Positions 36,701 through 49,226 of a stretch of DNA of 64,000 bases are shown in pieces. The position numbers and the translations under genes were made by a program. Source of the stretch: Asterias rubens (Eukaryota); contig NC_047069.1 of the NCBI RefSeq assembly GCF_902459465.1, forward strand, positions 12,276,001-12,340,000, in the 5' to 3' direction. The notes under the pieces are model-generated. The model searched no databases and was not told where the DNA came from. It worked only from the letters and a program-made list of their open reading frames with translations. Positions within the stretch are counted from its first letter, which is position 1, and each line of letters begins with the position of its first letter.

Positions 36701-37315
36701 GCGTTAACTTAAGGAGGTCCAAAATATTAGACCCACCTATAAGGCTCACGGGGAGCCTTATAATTATATAGTTTCTAGAACTTAGAAGTAGCTCATCAGT
36801 AGCTGTAGCTCCATGACCATGATGCCGTAACCCATGGCCCATATTTCATAATAAAGACTAACAATTATATTAGCAATATTTTTATAATTTTATAAATAAT
36901 TAAACTTTAAAAAGCACACAACTTGCTAGTCGGAAAACTTAACCCTCCTGCTGTCGGCAGGAGGGTTACGTTAATCGCAACTAACAACTTGCTTAATTAA
37001 TTAATCAAGCAGTATTTTCTGCTAACTAAATCTAAACAATTGAAATTGGGCCCATACAGTGAACAGTCCTTCCTACTCCTCTAGAATTATATGATATTCG
37101 TTTCGCGTTCGTCTATCGTCTGCTTCAGTTTCCAGCTAGTAGTACTAGTAGTAGTAATTAACAAATAATAATAAATAATTTCTGTCGGAAATAGACCCCT
37201 ATGGGTTGCACGCTGTACTTACTTTACCATCGTGTTTTGCGAGATGTTCGCGTAGTTGCCATTTCTTCTTAAATGACCCCTCACAGCCTTGTAAAGTACA
37301 CTGAAAAATCTTCAT
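25935..37315 (-). CDS. GTF3A: Transcription factor IIIA (nine C2H2 fingers plus long repeat tail, ~547 aa)
   Basis: Coding exons 37315-37223, 34764-34664, 33143-33053, 32133-32045, 30551-30478, 29817-29731, 28793-28747, 28273-28190, 27312-27157 and 26756-25935 are all in phase. There are nine fingers, mostly C-x4-C, with finger 7 C-x2-C. TFIIIA-type features are finger 6 [10 protein letters not shown], finger 8 [10 protein letters not shown] and the post-finger motif [12 protein letters not shown]. Fingers 1-6 each occupy their own exon, as in vertebrate TFIIIA. Confidence 0.93.
26082..26615 (-). repeat. Coding minisatellite (21-bp unit, ~26 units) in the last GTF3A exon
   Basis: It encodes TE(T/M/I)S(A/T)(Q/K/E)(N/D) heptads: 22 heptads, three 5-aa units ([15 protein letters not shown]) and one 9-aa unit. 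Confidence 0.95.
30692..30751. repeat. (ATT)n microsatellite
   Basis: Read directly, with one interruption. Confidence 0.9.
32246..32608. mobile_element. MITE family D (near-perfect foldback, TTAA-flanked)
   Basis: The arms pair across almost the whole length around AAAATAATTTTCGTCTCATGAGACGAAAATTATTTT. A second copy lies inverted at ~33187-33623, on the other side of a GTF3A exon. Confidence 0.85.
33187..33623. mobile_element. MITE family D, second copy
   Basis: Homologous to 32246-32608 in the opposite orientation, with a ~50-bp insertion. Confidence 0.8.
33945..34258 (-). mobile_element. tRNA-derived SINE (second family)
   Basis: The minus strand starts GGGGTGGCATGGTTGGCTTG...GGTTCGATTCCC and ends in a (TTA)n tail. 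Confidence 0.75.
34792..35150 (+). mobile_element. MITE family A in a GTF3A intron
   Basis: It starts TTAAAGGCAGTGGACACTATTGGTAATT and ends ATAGTGTCTTTAA. That TTAA is shared with the next element. Confidence 0.85.
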
Positions 37316-39432
37316 GGTACCTACAAATAGCACGAGTATCAGTATTTACACAGGATAAATAATGACAAATATGCCTTCTTATTTAAACGTTCACATGCAG
37401 GGATACAATTTTGCAAAATTTTGCTGTCAAACATTTCGCTTCGACGATCGTGCACTTGTGTGAGAGAGAATAGACAGCAAATCTCCGTGTAATGAGTGAG
37501 AGGTCAAAGGTACATTTGTAAGGATCCGTACATTCGGTCAGGCTGGTGGCGCCCTTCACGAGCCTCAAAGTTAAGACATCAGATTTTCAGGCTTCGGGTG
37601 TCTTGAGCTCCATGATACTTTTCTGCTACCTCACCTGAAAAACAGATTTTACTCTCTTTTTACGGTCCTTGAAAGCAAAAAAGCGAATGGACACTTTCGG
37701 CCGCCTAAGTAAAATTTGTTTTTCCGGTATCTTAAAGGAGAATAAAAAGGAGATGGCCACTATTCGGCCGCTAGAAAGCAAAGTTACATTTGTACAAAAC
37801 GTTCGATCTGCCTTTCTCAATATTCGGATTAAAGCAGATGGCCACTTTTTGTTTGCCAGCATAAAAGGAGATTAAGTAAAACCTGCTTTTCTGGTAACAT
37901 AAAGTAGAACAGTAGATCTACTTTTCTGCTATTATTTCTATAACCAGAAAAAGCAGATGGCCACTTTTCGTCCTCATCATACGTGATTTGTTCTCAGGCA
38001 GGAGGTACACATGTATATGATACAAGTATTGGGCAGAAGCCTACGACAGCTTTCGATAGTACGAAGTATTTTTGAAAAACATTTTACCTCAAAGCTATGT
38101 GGTTTTGTAAAAAGGCATGTTTCATCATGCTCAAAAGTTTAAACCTGATTTTCCATTTTTTTGATTTATGGACTTCTTATTATTTGTTTCGCTTAGCTTG
38201 TTAATTAAAATTACGTTACGGTTTAATGGTGATTAACTTGGTTATTTGCGTGTATAATAATTCTTTATTATCTAATTTTTGTTTGGGGCTAAATCAAAAA
38301 GCTAAACATTGTTTTGATGTATTAAAATACTTATTTTTCTGCCAGTTTTGTGCGCATTTCCCAAGCCAATTAGGACCAACATTAAAGCCTCAATTTATCC
38401 AGTCGCCTCAAAAGTTCAAGCTCAAAACCCCTTGTTCGAATATTGTTATTATAATAATTTACACATTCTATTATTGGACGACCCCCAATATAATAGTTAT
38501 TATTCAAAAGTAACTGTGGTTTAAAAAAAATGATAATAAAACTGTTTTGTGCATTCTCTCTCTCAGTAAAGTGAACATCTTAGTAAAGTAATCATGCTTC
38601 TGCAATATGTTGTTTTAAACTTTGTATAAAAAAGGGTTTAAAAAGTACTCTTGTAGTTTTTCTTTAAAAAAACCACTCATTTCCAATGGGCGTTTAGGAG
38701 CAGCTGTGATACAAAACTTTAAAAGTCATTGACAAAATTAACGTTCAACTTTAAAACGTTTGTTTATTTGATTATTCCATCAAATGCAATTCAATGCACA
38801 AAACTTACAGAATGGGAATTCAATCATACTTCCTTCACCTGCAATTTTGTTTAACATATGACAACAATTGAGCCACAATAAATGAATGTTTTCAGCAAAT
38901 TTACTCTGGAATAGTTAAACCTAAATTATATTGCACATTATAAACAGTATACATAAAATGTAAAATAGCCATCACCAATTACAAAAAAACAAACCCATAA
39001 TGTTATATACAGTAAAGTAGAATGAAAAGTAACAAATATTTTACAATTCTTAACAAAGAGCATTTGAGACCCACTTAAAATCTCTACTAGTCATACTTTT
39101 GTAGGAATGCAATTTTACTTTCTAAAACTGTATAGCTTTGTCATGCCAAATTTGACAAAATGACATTTTAAATTGTCTAATTTATAAAATAAACAAGTAC
39201 TTACCATAAACCGCTTATGTTTGTAACTAAATTTAAGTGTGGGTGGTGGTTCTCGCAGGTTTGAAATAAATACCTAACATTTATTATCCATAAAAACCAC
39301 TAAATTTTGAGCACAGCCATGACAGCTTTAGACCACAGCGGATACAAACAGCTTGTACCAAATTTCCAATGCGTCCATTCAGGGTCGCATTGGACATTTG
39401 GTACAAGACTTGACCGTGTTCCAGTTGAGATA

Positions 39433-39817
39433 AAGGCAGTGGACGCTATTGATAATCACTCAAAATAATTATCAGCATAAAACCTCACTTGGTAACGAGT
39501 AATGGGGAGAGGTTGACGGAATAAAACATTGTGAGAAACGGCTCCCTCTGAAGTGATGTAGTTTTCGAGAAAGAAATAATTTTCCACAAATTTGATTTCG
39601 AGACCTCAAGTTTTGAATTTGAGGTCTCGAAATTAAGCTTCTGATGAAAGCACACAACTTCATATGACAAGGGTGTTTTTTCTTTCATAGTTATCTCGCC
39701 ATTTCGATGACCAATTGAGCTGACATTTTCACAGGTTTGATATTTTATGCATATGTTGAGATACACCAAGTGAGAAGACTGGTCTTTGACAATTACCAAT
39801 AGTGTCTGCTGTCTTTA
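39433..39817 (+). mobile_element. MITE family A
   Basis: A full-length copy with both termini and the central GAGACCTC/GAGGTCTC palindrome. Confidence 0.85.
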
Positions 39818-41028
39818 AGTATCCCATGTTCATATAGTATGTGCTTTTAAAACAAAACCCACTATATGTTCTGTATTAATTTCCCAGACACTTTTAGTGA
39901 AAGTACTGTGGTAAAACAATCAACAAAACTAGCCATGTATGGGCCTATGGTGATGATTGGTTATAACAAATAAATGGTCTCCTTCGGGTTAACCCTATAC
40001 TAGTGCCTATAAAGTACTTGTAATGCCAATTATTTTACCCAGTAAATTTCTACTTTTCTTTTAAAATTTTCAAATAAAATTTCTAGAACCAACGACTGTA
40101 GTCAATGCATGCACGAGTTGAAAGTGGACTTCCCAAAATTTATATCAAACTTTCACAAAGGTCATTTTAAGGGTAAGTGGTTTCAGCAAAACTATGGCTC
40201 TGAGAAGAGCTGTTGCATATTCTGCCCATCTTCAGCCAGTAAGTTTACAATCTATAACTAACAATTGCGTAATAAGTATGGCTGAATTTATCAATTTACC
40301 AATACAGAATCTGAATGTTGGGCGGAATTCATCAGCCTGGAATACTGCTAGGGTCAAGCAAAGGAAAGAGAGTGAATGATCCATCAACAAGTAAAGATCT
40401 TTATCCTGTGAAGCCACAGAATGAATAGCTTCTGACTAGTACCCCGCACAAACATACAACAAAAAAGGAGACCCCCAACAATAGGGGTAGATAGCTCAGC
40501 TGGTAGAGTGCTGCATGATCACCCAAAGGTTGAAGGTTGTTCAAACCAAAACTTATTTAAACATTTACCCAGTCAGTTTCCCTTGTGGTTTATCACTTTA
40601 TCCTGAAACTGTTTTAATAGCATGTGTTAAACATGACATTGTTTACAGCAGAGCCACAGAGTCCGGACTTCCTACATCTTAAACTTAGTGAAAAATGGCA
40701 GCGTTTGATTTTGTTTATCCTGATATGAGACGAGGCTGTTATGTTGAAATTACAGCACAGTGGTTGTAGTCAATAACTGTTTCTGTTGAATCGGCCATTG
40801 GATAATCACTTGCCAATGATGGAAACAGTTATTGGTAACAGCCGCGAAAAAAATGCACCACTTGATTTGTACTGCGCAAAGCCACACTTAGGAGAAGTTG
40901 CACAACCAAACCTTTAGTGATTTCATACTCTGTTTGTAGAACTGGGCCACTACACTGGTGAACTCTTCTTTCATATATTACTTTAAAACTACTTTTGTAA
41001 CGCGTAATGTGATTGGTTGTTTCAGTAC

Positions 41029-44000
41029 TCAGCTGCTACTGCGTGAGATGACCATCCAGCCAATCACAAAGTAGAAGAGAAAGATGGGGTAGACAGCTAG
41101 GAGTTTCCTGTGCTGTGGTTGGCTGTCGGCAAGAAAGGCCAGTGAAGCTAAATAATTAAATAAAAACAATAAATACAAAGTTATGTTTCAAAATTAATAA
41201 TATAACAGTAAATATATAAAAGTTTGTACTTATTACGTTTTGTTTAAACGTCCACAGTTGCCAATTGAGTCAAACACATCCATAAATCATCTCAACTCCT
41301 AAGAAGTATGCAGCCCCAGCTCTGTAAATTCTTCTAACTAATCAAATTGAACATATAAACATTTTTTGGTCCCTTATTTGAAGAGAAGCAATTACAAATA
41401 GATATCTTGTTTGAAAGGGAATAGACCTTATGAGCATGGCGTTATTTGAGCAGAGAGCCCCCGTGTCAAGATAAGAAGAGGGCTCCCTCGTGTCAAGGTA
41501 AGGAGAGGGCTGTTCATTGGCTAATCCTTAGCCTGAACAATTGATATCACACTTCGAGGCTCGTGAGTAACGCCACATTGACCCAATTCACCTGACGTCA
41601 TCATCAGAATATCTTGGATGCGCCATACTGGTGGGCAATGTCATTATTGTGCGTTATTCAGCGAAGTGCACATTTAAGGCGACGCGTCGTTTACATATAA
41701 ACCTATTGACCACCAAAATGGTGAACCTGGCACAGTGGCCGCATGTGGCGCGCGTGCAAGGGGTCAATACCAGCCTTTGCGCACCTGGCAGGACACTGCA
41801 AGATGTACCCTTGACCTTGCATCCCATTCACACAGAGATTAGATTTGTAGTCATTACAAACCACATCCCCTCCTCGGACAGTATGTTTACCAAATGAAAT
41901 CATCGGGTCTGAAAGACCAGTGCCTGTCTTTATTCTTGCGGTAAAAAAAAACAACAGGGGACTAGTCTGACAATCCTGTGCAGCGCCTGTACAGATTTGT
42001 GCATTTCCATTGTTTGATCCCCAGCGGTGACACTTGTGTCCTTAAGCAAGACACTTCACCATTGCTTCGTCCTTCAGATAAGATGTTAAGCTGTTGATCC
42101 CATGTGTTGTGTAAAGCATGTAAAATAACCCTGGGTTCGCCCTAGTGTTCCTGGCTGTGGCTGCTGTATGCGCCGTAGCACCTTGTAAACTCTTATAAGG
42201 TGCTACCTAATTGGGTCTCAGAATTCATCACTGCAATAACCTATCTTTCTGAGAGTTTGTATATACTCAGCGTCTTGAGCACCTTGTTTGGTAGATACGT
42301 GCGCTAGATAAGACTCTGATATAATCATCAGTTTACCTATACTGACTCTAAGATAGTTGGATGGCTGGATTAAATCAATACATGGGGTCCATTAGACTAT
42401 TTAAAACTGGGATTTTAAAAAATGTTTTCAGTACATTTTGAACTCACCAAAAGTTGACCACAAAAATGCAAAGATGACGATGGGCAGTCGGATGAAGAAC
42501 AGAATGGTGGAGTCTCCGGCCAGAACGAGGAGACGACAGACAATGAGGCTGATGACAAGGGGCAGGATGCAGTAACCAAGAACACAAACACTCTGGAAGA
42601 ACGAACTGCATGGAGGACAAACATTACAAAAAATCAAACATTTGCATAATAAAAAGTAAGTGTGCGTTTTTAAGAACTATATCAGCCGCCAAATTTTTCA
42701 CTGTTTGAGATTTTCTTCTCAAATACCAAACTGAACCTTTCTTTATCACGTTTTCTAAATCTTCAAGCTTTTGGGTTCCATGCACAAGCTAGTGTATCTT
42801 GGGGTTTAGATTTAAAATTAAACTCATAAAATCATAAATCAAAAAATAACATAATTTAAAATGTTCCAGATTGCACTATTACATTAGAGCTGTTAAAACA
42901 ACGAACATCAACTAACAAACATTCTAAACTTGCCAAATTTGGTCCAGAATGCTTTATATTTTTAGAAGAATATGATTAGTTTTTTGATTATTTTTTAGAA
43001 TCCACATTTTGACGCCAATCCTAACCAAACCAACAAGTCAGAAGCGGTTTGGTCTGAAAAGCGGTTGAACCAAACACGTGCAAAGGCTTAATCAACGAGG
43101 GCAGTACAAATTTGTTTCTAGTCAAGGTTGACAAGAGGCACTCAAGGACTAAGAACGATCATGTCCTTCCAATTTTCACAGAGGTAGCCTACCCCTCACT
43201 TACATGACACCTCCAAGGAGTTTAGAATTGAGAGCAACCACGATGGCACCGAACGACAGAAGAGCAAATACTTCAGAGAACTGAGAGTTGACTGCTTCAT
43301 GGGACTTATCATCAGTAGTGGTTGACTCTTGCAGTAGCCTAAAATGAGAGACAATTCAAATTTGTCACATAACTTTTATGAAATTTGATGGGTATGAAAA
43401 TTCCATGACAAAATAGCTAGCTGGCCTTGGTTTTTACTTTTTTCTACAATTGTGAACCCCAAGATGTTACAATTCAGGAGGTATTCATAATAAATAATAT
43501 GGTTTCATAATAAATATTGTCTTTTTCTAAGCTTTTATCAAGAGTGGCTTTTAGCACGTTTGGGAGAAATTGCATTAACAAAATAAAAACACTTGTGCTT
43601 TCAAACATAAATGACTATACAGTGCTTACTCGAATAACAATTAAATTGCAACCAGACACAAATTTATTTAAATTGACCGATGAAAGGGATAATAATAACT
43701 TACATTGCAAAAAGTGTGCACAACACAAGAGGTCCCCACAGATCCCCTGGAATGAAAGAAATACATGAGGACAAAACTGTTGAGAAATGTATGAAGAGCA
43801 CTTTATAATTACATGAAAAGTTTAACCATGTTAACTTTTGATACCAACAATGGCCTAGAAGAGCATCATGATCAAATCAGGCATGTGTCTGCAGTTGGAA
43901 TTAATAATAATATAACAATAATAAAACAGCATTATGCTTTGACAATTTAAAGGACTATACAGTTGTAATTACAAAGATACAATAGTGACTAGAGACACAG

Positions 44001-47000
44001 CATATCAGTTGTTAATAAAGATTACAAATGTAAAATGCTAAAAATTACTTACAGTAAAAAAAAGGCTCCAAGAAAAACAAGAAAAAAAGAACACCTTAAT
44101 AACACATTACTTATTTTAAAACCTGACCAGAAATATGACAAGCTAAGAAATATAATAGTCAATACACTTAAAAACTTAGTAAATAAACCCATCAGTAATG
44201 AACTGGAGCACAAACAGGGCCTTTTATGAACTATTATCCAGTAATGTATGTCTTATCTATTGAGAGTGCTTGGGTGAGACTGAGGAGAGTTTATTCATCC
44301 ATGTACATGAACATGTACAGCCATAAGCCTGCTTTTATGGGTGCACAGGGCTGTATGCTTCGTTTTTGAAATGACAAGGGCACCAAGGCATTTTCTCTTT
44401 GGCAAAGGGCACCCTATGAGGAAATTGTAAATTTCTACTGGAGCATTTCAAGGGCACCAAGGCAATGGCAAGGGGCAACGGAGGCAATCGCCTTTGTTGC
44501 CTCCTTGAAGTATCAGGCCTGGGTGCAATCGTTTAGCTTCCCTGGGTCGACCTCGGTGTGTGGCGTTTTTTTTTTCCAGGACAAACGTGTGAAGATAATT
44601 ACCCACGTTTGTCCTGGAAAAAAAAAACCGCCACACACCGGGGTCAACCCAGGGAAGCTAAACGAACGCACCCTATAATGACAACACAGCCCTCTAGCAT
44701 CTCATGAAAATAATCCCAGCATAGACCCCTTTCTTGCATGCCACCATTGTTGTGTCGCTGTGGTCAAGTGGCTAGACTGCAGGACTTGCAATAACATGGG
44801 TGTGGGTTTGGAATCCCCCAGCTAGCCACTGTTTTCACAATGACTGAATAAATGTGACCCACTCTGTGAAAATGAGTCACATGTCGCCCATAAGTTATGG
44901 ACAGTTTAATGGTTTTTTTTTCTTTCTCTTTTTAAGATCTTTAGTAGTTGCATGGTTAACCTTTAGAACAATTACTTTTAGGCAATAAAGCTATCATACT
45001 TATGTCTAATTTGTATCCTTTTGCACACAATGGTAGTTTAAAATATCATTTTTTTGTAATTCGTTTTTCACAAAAAATGGTGTAGTGGCTAATTTCAAAC
45101 AGGAGTAACTCAGTAACTAAATTCCTGAAATTGCCTACATCTGACTCATTTTCACAGAGCAAGTCACAAATATTGTCGCCTAGTTACTGAATCACAATTT
45201 CTTGATTTGTGTAATTCATAATCATAGACGTTAACCCAATGTTTGAATGAGAGAGATTGGCTGTTGTGAGCTTGGTGTTTATTTTGCAGAGTTCCCTTGA
45301 TGGGAAGATCATTCAAACAAATAAACAAACAAACAAACAAACAAACAAACAAACAAACAAACAAACAAACAAACAAACAAACAAACAAACAAACAATCTA
45401 TAGGTGCATACATTATTGGTTCTAGATTGTTTGTCACAAGCTAAAGTTTAAATTGTTACTTACATTCTTTAAGAAGTGCTTTACTCTGTTTTGGGTACAT
45501 CACGTGGAACAGCTTCAGCCCTATGGCTTTAATATCTCGCAACTGCCAAACAAATAAAAGAAATATCCTTTTAGGGAAAGCTAAAACAATCAGTAAAGTA
45601 CTAAAACATTTGTGCTACTTATTTTTTTTTATTTGAGTCTTGGTCTGGTCAATTGTGACACTTGGCTTTTGCATCCTTGAGCAATGCACTTGATCATATT
45701 TGCTTCTCTCCATCCAGGAGTGTAAATGGGTGCTGGCGAGAGCTAGGGAGTAACCTCAGTGGACTGGTATCCTGTCTGGGGGGAATAGACAAATTCTCAG
45801 TCGTTTAATGTTGATGAAACTGGGTATAAACACCGGAAAGATGAGCCATATTGGCTCCACACAGATTTTATTCTCTGAGGACACAAACAACCACAAAAGT
45901 ACAGATTGAAAAAGGGTGCCCTGACAATTTGCAAAAAGACCAACTGGAGAGGATTTGTAAAGCCCACCACACCAAACATGACAAATCAGCCACTGTGGCC
46001 CCACAACCAGGCTGTGAGTGTCAACTGATTTTTTTTTTCTTTCTGCAAGTGATGAAATGATTTTTTTGTTTTGTTTTACTGAATGCAAAATAACTACAGA
46101 TGTTGAATATTTGTATTTTTATTTTTTATTTTTTAATTTTTTAATTATTGTTTGTATTTATAATTTTGTTATTCATAAAAGCAGTGACAAATTACATAAA
46201 TTAGTTAAACACTTACAAAACAAACTGTCATAATAATCATTAGATATAAAAAAGAAAGAGAAGAAATGTAAACAGAAAAAGGAAAATGGAAAAAATTGCA
46301 GTTATGTCCAGTTAAAAGGTACCAATTCCAGACGTTGAATACTTACGACTGTTTCCCTGACCGGCTCATCGAGTGTGGATGGTTCAGAATCATCTTCAGG
46401 TGCTCCTGGGACTGTGATGTCTCCATCGACGGGATGCTCCAGTTCCAAGTCTGTGAACTTGTTATCCAACTGTACAAAAAATTGCAGATTCTTTAAAAAA
46501 AGAGAATGAACTTAAACTCTGTAGACAATGTACACAGGTTTGTAAATAACCATGGGAACAAAAATATTGCGATGCCATACTCCACCAGGGTTTGAAAATT
46601 AGTGGTTGCAAATGCGAGTAAAAACAGCTTTGGGTGGGTCAAAACCCTTCCTTTACTATCCCCCTGGGTGAGTCAAACAATTGGTTTATTATAATCATAA
46701 AAAATACATTTTCCATCGCGGCCAAAGACTGAATAAATACGGGAAAACCATAACAATTTACACAGGCAGACTACTGACTGTTTTTCCTCTTATTACATTT
46801 ACAAGCTTTTCAATGATACCGAATTTGTTGGGGCGGTCTGGTGTAGATATTTGATTTTCTAAAAAACTTGGTGAATAATTGTAAATTCGCAATAATTGTT
46901 TGATTGAAAGAACAATGCTGTGTAACTCAACTAAAAACTGTGTTCAAATTAAAAATGACATATCTTGCTTGGTAAAATGTTTAAAAATGGTTTTTCAAGC

Positions 47001-47389
47001 CGATTTAAACACCATTTAGTTTCTTTGTTTACAAGCTTTCCTATGGTCATTTAGGCCATAGGCCTACATGGAGTACACATTTAATTTGGTTGCCTATCCA
47101 TAACATTTGCAAGTAACAACATCAAACATGGGCATCCACCAACCGAAACACATTCTATTTGATTTCAATTAATAATTGACCTGCTCTGATTCTGTGACTG
47201 TCACTGTGGTGACTCGGATTAATAATTTTTAAATTAGTTGATTATTGGACTGAAAAGTAAATTACTATCAAAAACGGTAGTGTAACAAAATACGGAATCT
47301 CAAAACAGAACTATCCCTATCTTCCACGCGAATCTTCAATTAAAAAACATTCGAACCTTTAGCGACGAATCTACTGCCACGTCTGCCAT
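41029..47389 (-). CDS. YIPF6: Yip1 domain family member 6 (229 aa)
   Basis: Exons 47389-47357, 46469-46347, 45542-45464, 43746-43704, 43338-43204, 42605-42448 and 41147-41029 are in phase. Motifs: STLDEPVRETVLRDIKAIG, WDLWGPLVLC, LNSKLLGG, SFFQSVCVLGYCILPL, FLADSQPQHRKLLAVYPIFLFYFVIGWM. Confidence 0.95.
44521..44672. mobile_element. Foldback MITE (~68-bp arms)
   Basis: GGGTGCAATCGTTTAGCTTCCCTGGGTCGACC... pairs with ...GGTCAACCCAGGGAAGCTAAACGAACGCACCC around a short loop. Confidence 0.8.
45314..45397. repeat. (AAAC)n microsatellite
   Basis: About 20 tetranucleotide units, read directly. Confidence 0.95.
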
Positions 47390-47517
47390 GATGAAGAATA
47401 TTGCTGAAAAATAAAAAAATTCTACACAAAAGTATATGCCAATGGTTTCCCGTGTTATCAAACCCAAAACCGTTCAAATATTTGGGTAATTCTTTGCACC
47501 AGACTAGACAAATGTAT

Positions 47518-47533
47518 AGCGCCCTCTATTGGC
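47518..47533 (-). promoter_or_regulatory. CTCF-like motif overlapping a CCAAT box, upstream of YIPF6
   Basis: The minus strand reads GCCAATAGAGGGCGCT, one mismatch from CCRSYAGRKGGCRS. It lies ~130 bp upstream of the YIPF6 ATG. Confidence 0.4.
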
Positions 47534-49226
47534 TTTGCAAACTAATTGTAAACAAGGAGCTGATGTTTTGTTTTACCCAAGGCTTCCTCTTCCTCCATGG
47601 TTAAATAGAGCTATTAACAAATTAATCTCCATTGTATGTGGAGTATAGAGCTTTTGTATCATAAAGAAAACACATTCAGACAAATTGTTCTCTTGTGCTT
47701 GCTATTGAAGATTGACACGCCCCCCATATTAAACTTTCACACAAAAATTAAGTAGAATGCTAAGTGGCATTCTACTTAATTAGTAGCATTCCTCCCCCAA
47801 ACGAGTACTCGTCTCATCTCAAGTGTTAACTTCATCCCTACAAGATTTATTTTGGGAATGGTTTACTTCATTCTTGACTTCTAAACGCCCCTTCCCCCAG
47901 ATTATCATACCGCAAGGTTGACAAGTGAACAAGTCAACCAACAAGATAGCGTGAAAGCTTGCGAGCCCGAAGAAACCTGCTGTCTTACATTATCCTCAAC
48001 TCTGCAATATTGGCCGCAATATGGTTTCATTCTAAAAACTGCTTATTTTTTTTTGATTTATCTGTTTAATTACCCAATAACTTTTGTTGTTGTTGAGGGG
48101 GTGGGGGGGGGGGGGGGGTTAAAAACAGAGATTTCTAGTTATAGGTCGAAATTCACATCCCATAGTGTACGGCATGGCACACCTACAATAAACCATGTAT
48201 AATGATCACTTCCTCCCCAAAGTTCTTTGAGCAGCAAAGGTTTTAGCAGAGATTTTAGAGATAGCAGTCCAACTTTGTAATACATGAACTTGGAAAGGTG
48301 GGGCAAAGGATGAGGCATGGGGGGAACACGACTTGATTAAAGGTGGCTGGTGCTACAGAAAATTGCAACAAACTAATTTTACAAGTTGGAGAACACTATG
48401 TAACCTTTGTTTACAAAAAGGGCGACCTTACATTCCAGATCATTTCCTGACAGGCAAGATACTACACACTGGCCATATTTTACATTTCGCATAAAATTCA
48501 CACATAAATTCTTGAGTTATACATAGAGCTGTTCAAGTTTCTTCACACCAACATTTGATGAAAATCGATCAGAGCATTATCCATGAAATGCAACACGTTC
48601 TTTTTATAAAACTGTGTACAAATCGGCCTTATAGGAAGTGCTTTTTGTAAACACAGGATGTCCAAGGTTACATGGTCAACAAACACAATATGTTTGGTAG
48701 TTTAAAAAGATAATCGACATTCATGTTTGGGACTAAACATAACGGTCCCTTTTTATCTTTTTAAACATCCCATTAATTGTAGGCACTGATTTTACACTGG
48801 AGGGGGGGGGGGGCACAACAGTTGAATGTAAAGCAGTTTGTTAATACATAACTTCATACAAAACAAATTAAACAAAGCACACTGGATATTTTATTTTCCT
48901 TTCACATCTTGTTTATTCAATGAAAGGCAATAATATAAACAATTCCCACATTTCAATCATCAGTCCACAGTGAAAACGATGATGCCCAAGTCTGTCCACC
49001 AATTTTCAGGATTATTTCCAGATTCACAAGAAATTCAAACCAAGGTTCTTCTCTCAGATGTTAAGACTCAGAAAAAAATCTGCAATCTTGGTTCTCCACC
49101 TTACTGAAGCTTCTTGTGGCATTCCTGGGTCCTTCGATTGGTATCATCCTATAGATAGTATCCACTTTGTGTGTGTGTGTGTGTGTTGCAGGCAGGTTGG
49201 ATTGTATGAAGAGTTTGAAGTTGTAT

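Noticed and set aside
37383-37613. Minus-strand ORF upstream of the GTF3A start as an N-terminal extension
   Set aside because: There is an in-frame stop after the only ATG. The true ATG (37315) has its own acceptor at 37321 and a good context (GTACCATG).
40491-40556. tRNA-like GGTAGATAGCTCAGCTGGTAGAG...GTTCAAACC
   Set aside because: It has A/B-box remnants only and no cloverleaf; a decayed SINE head.
45860-46016. Plus-strand exon-like segment ending GCT|GTGAGT inside a YIPF6 intron
   Set aside because: There is no convincing acceptor, partner exon or homology. It directly follows a SINE tail.
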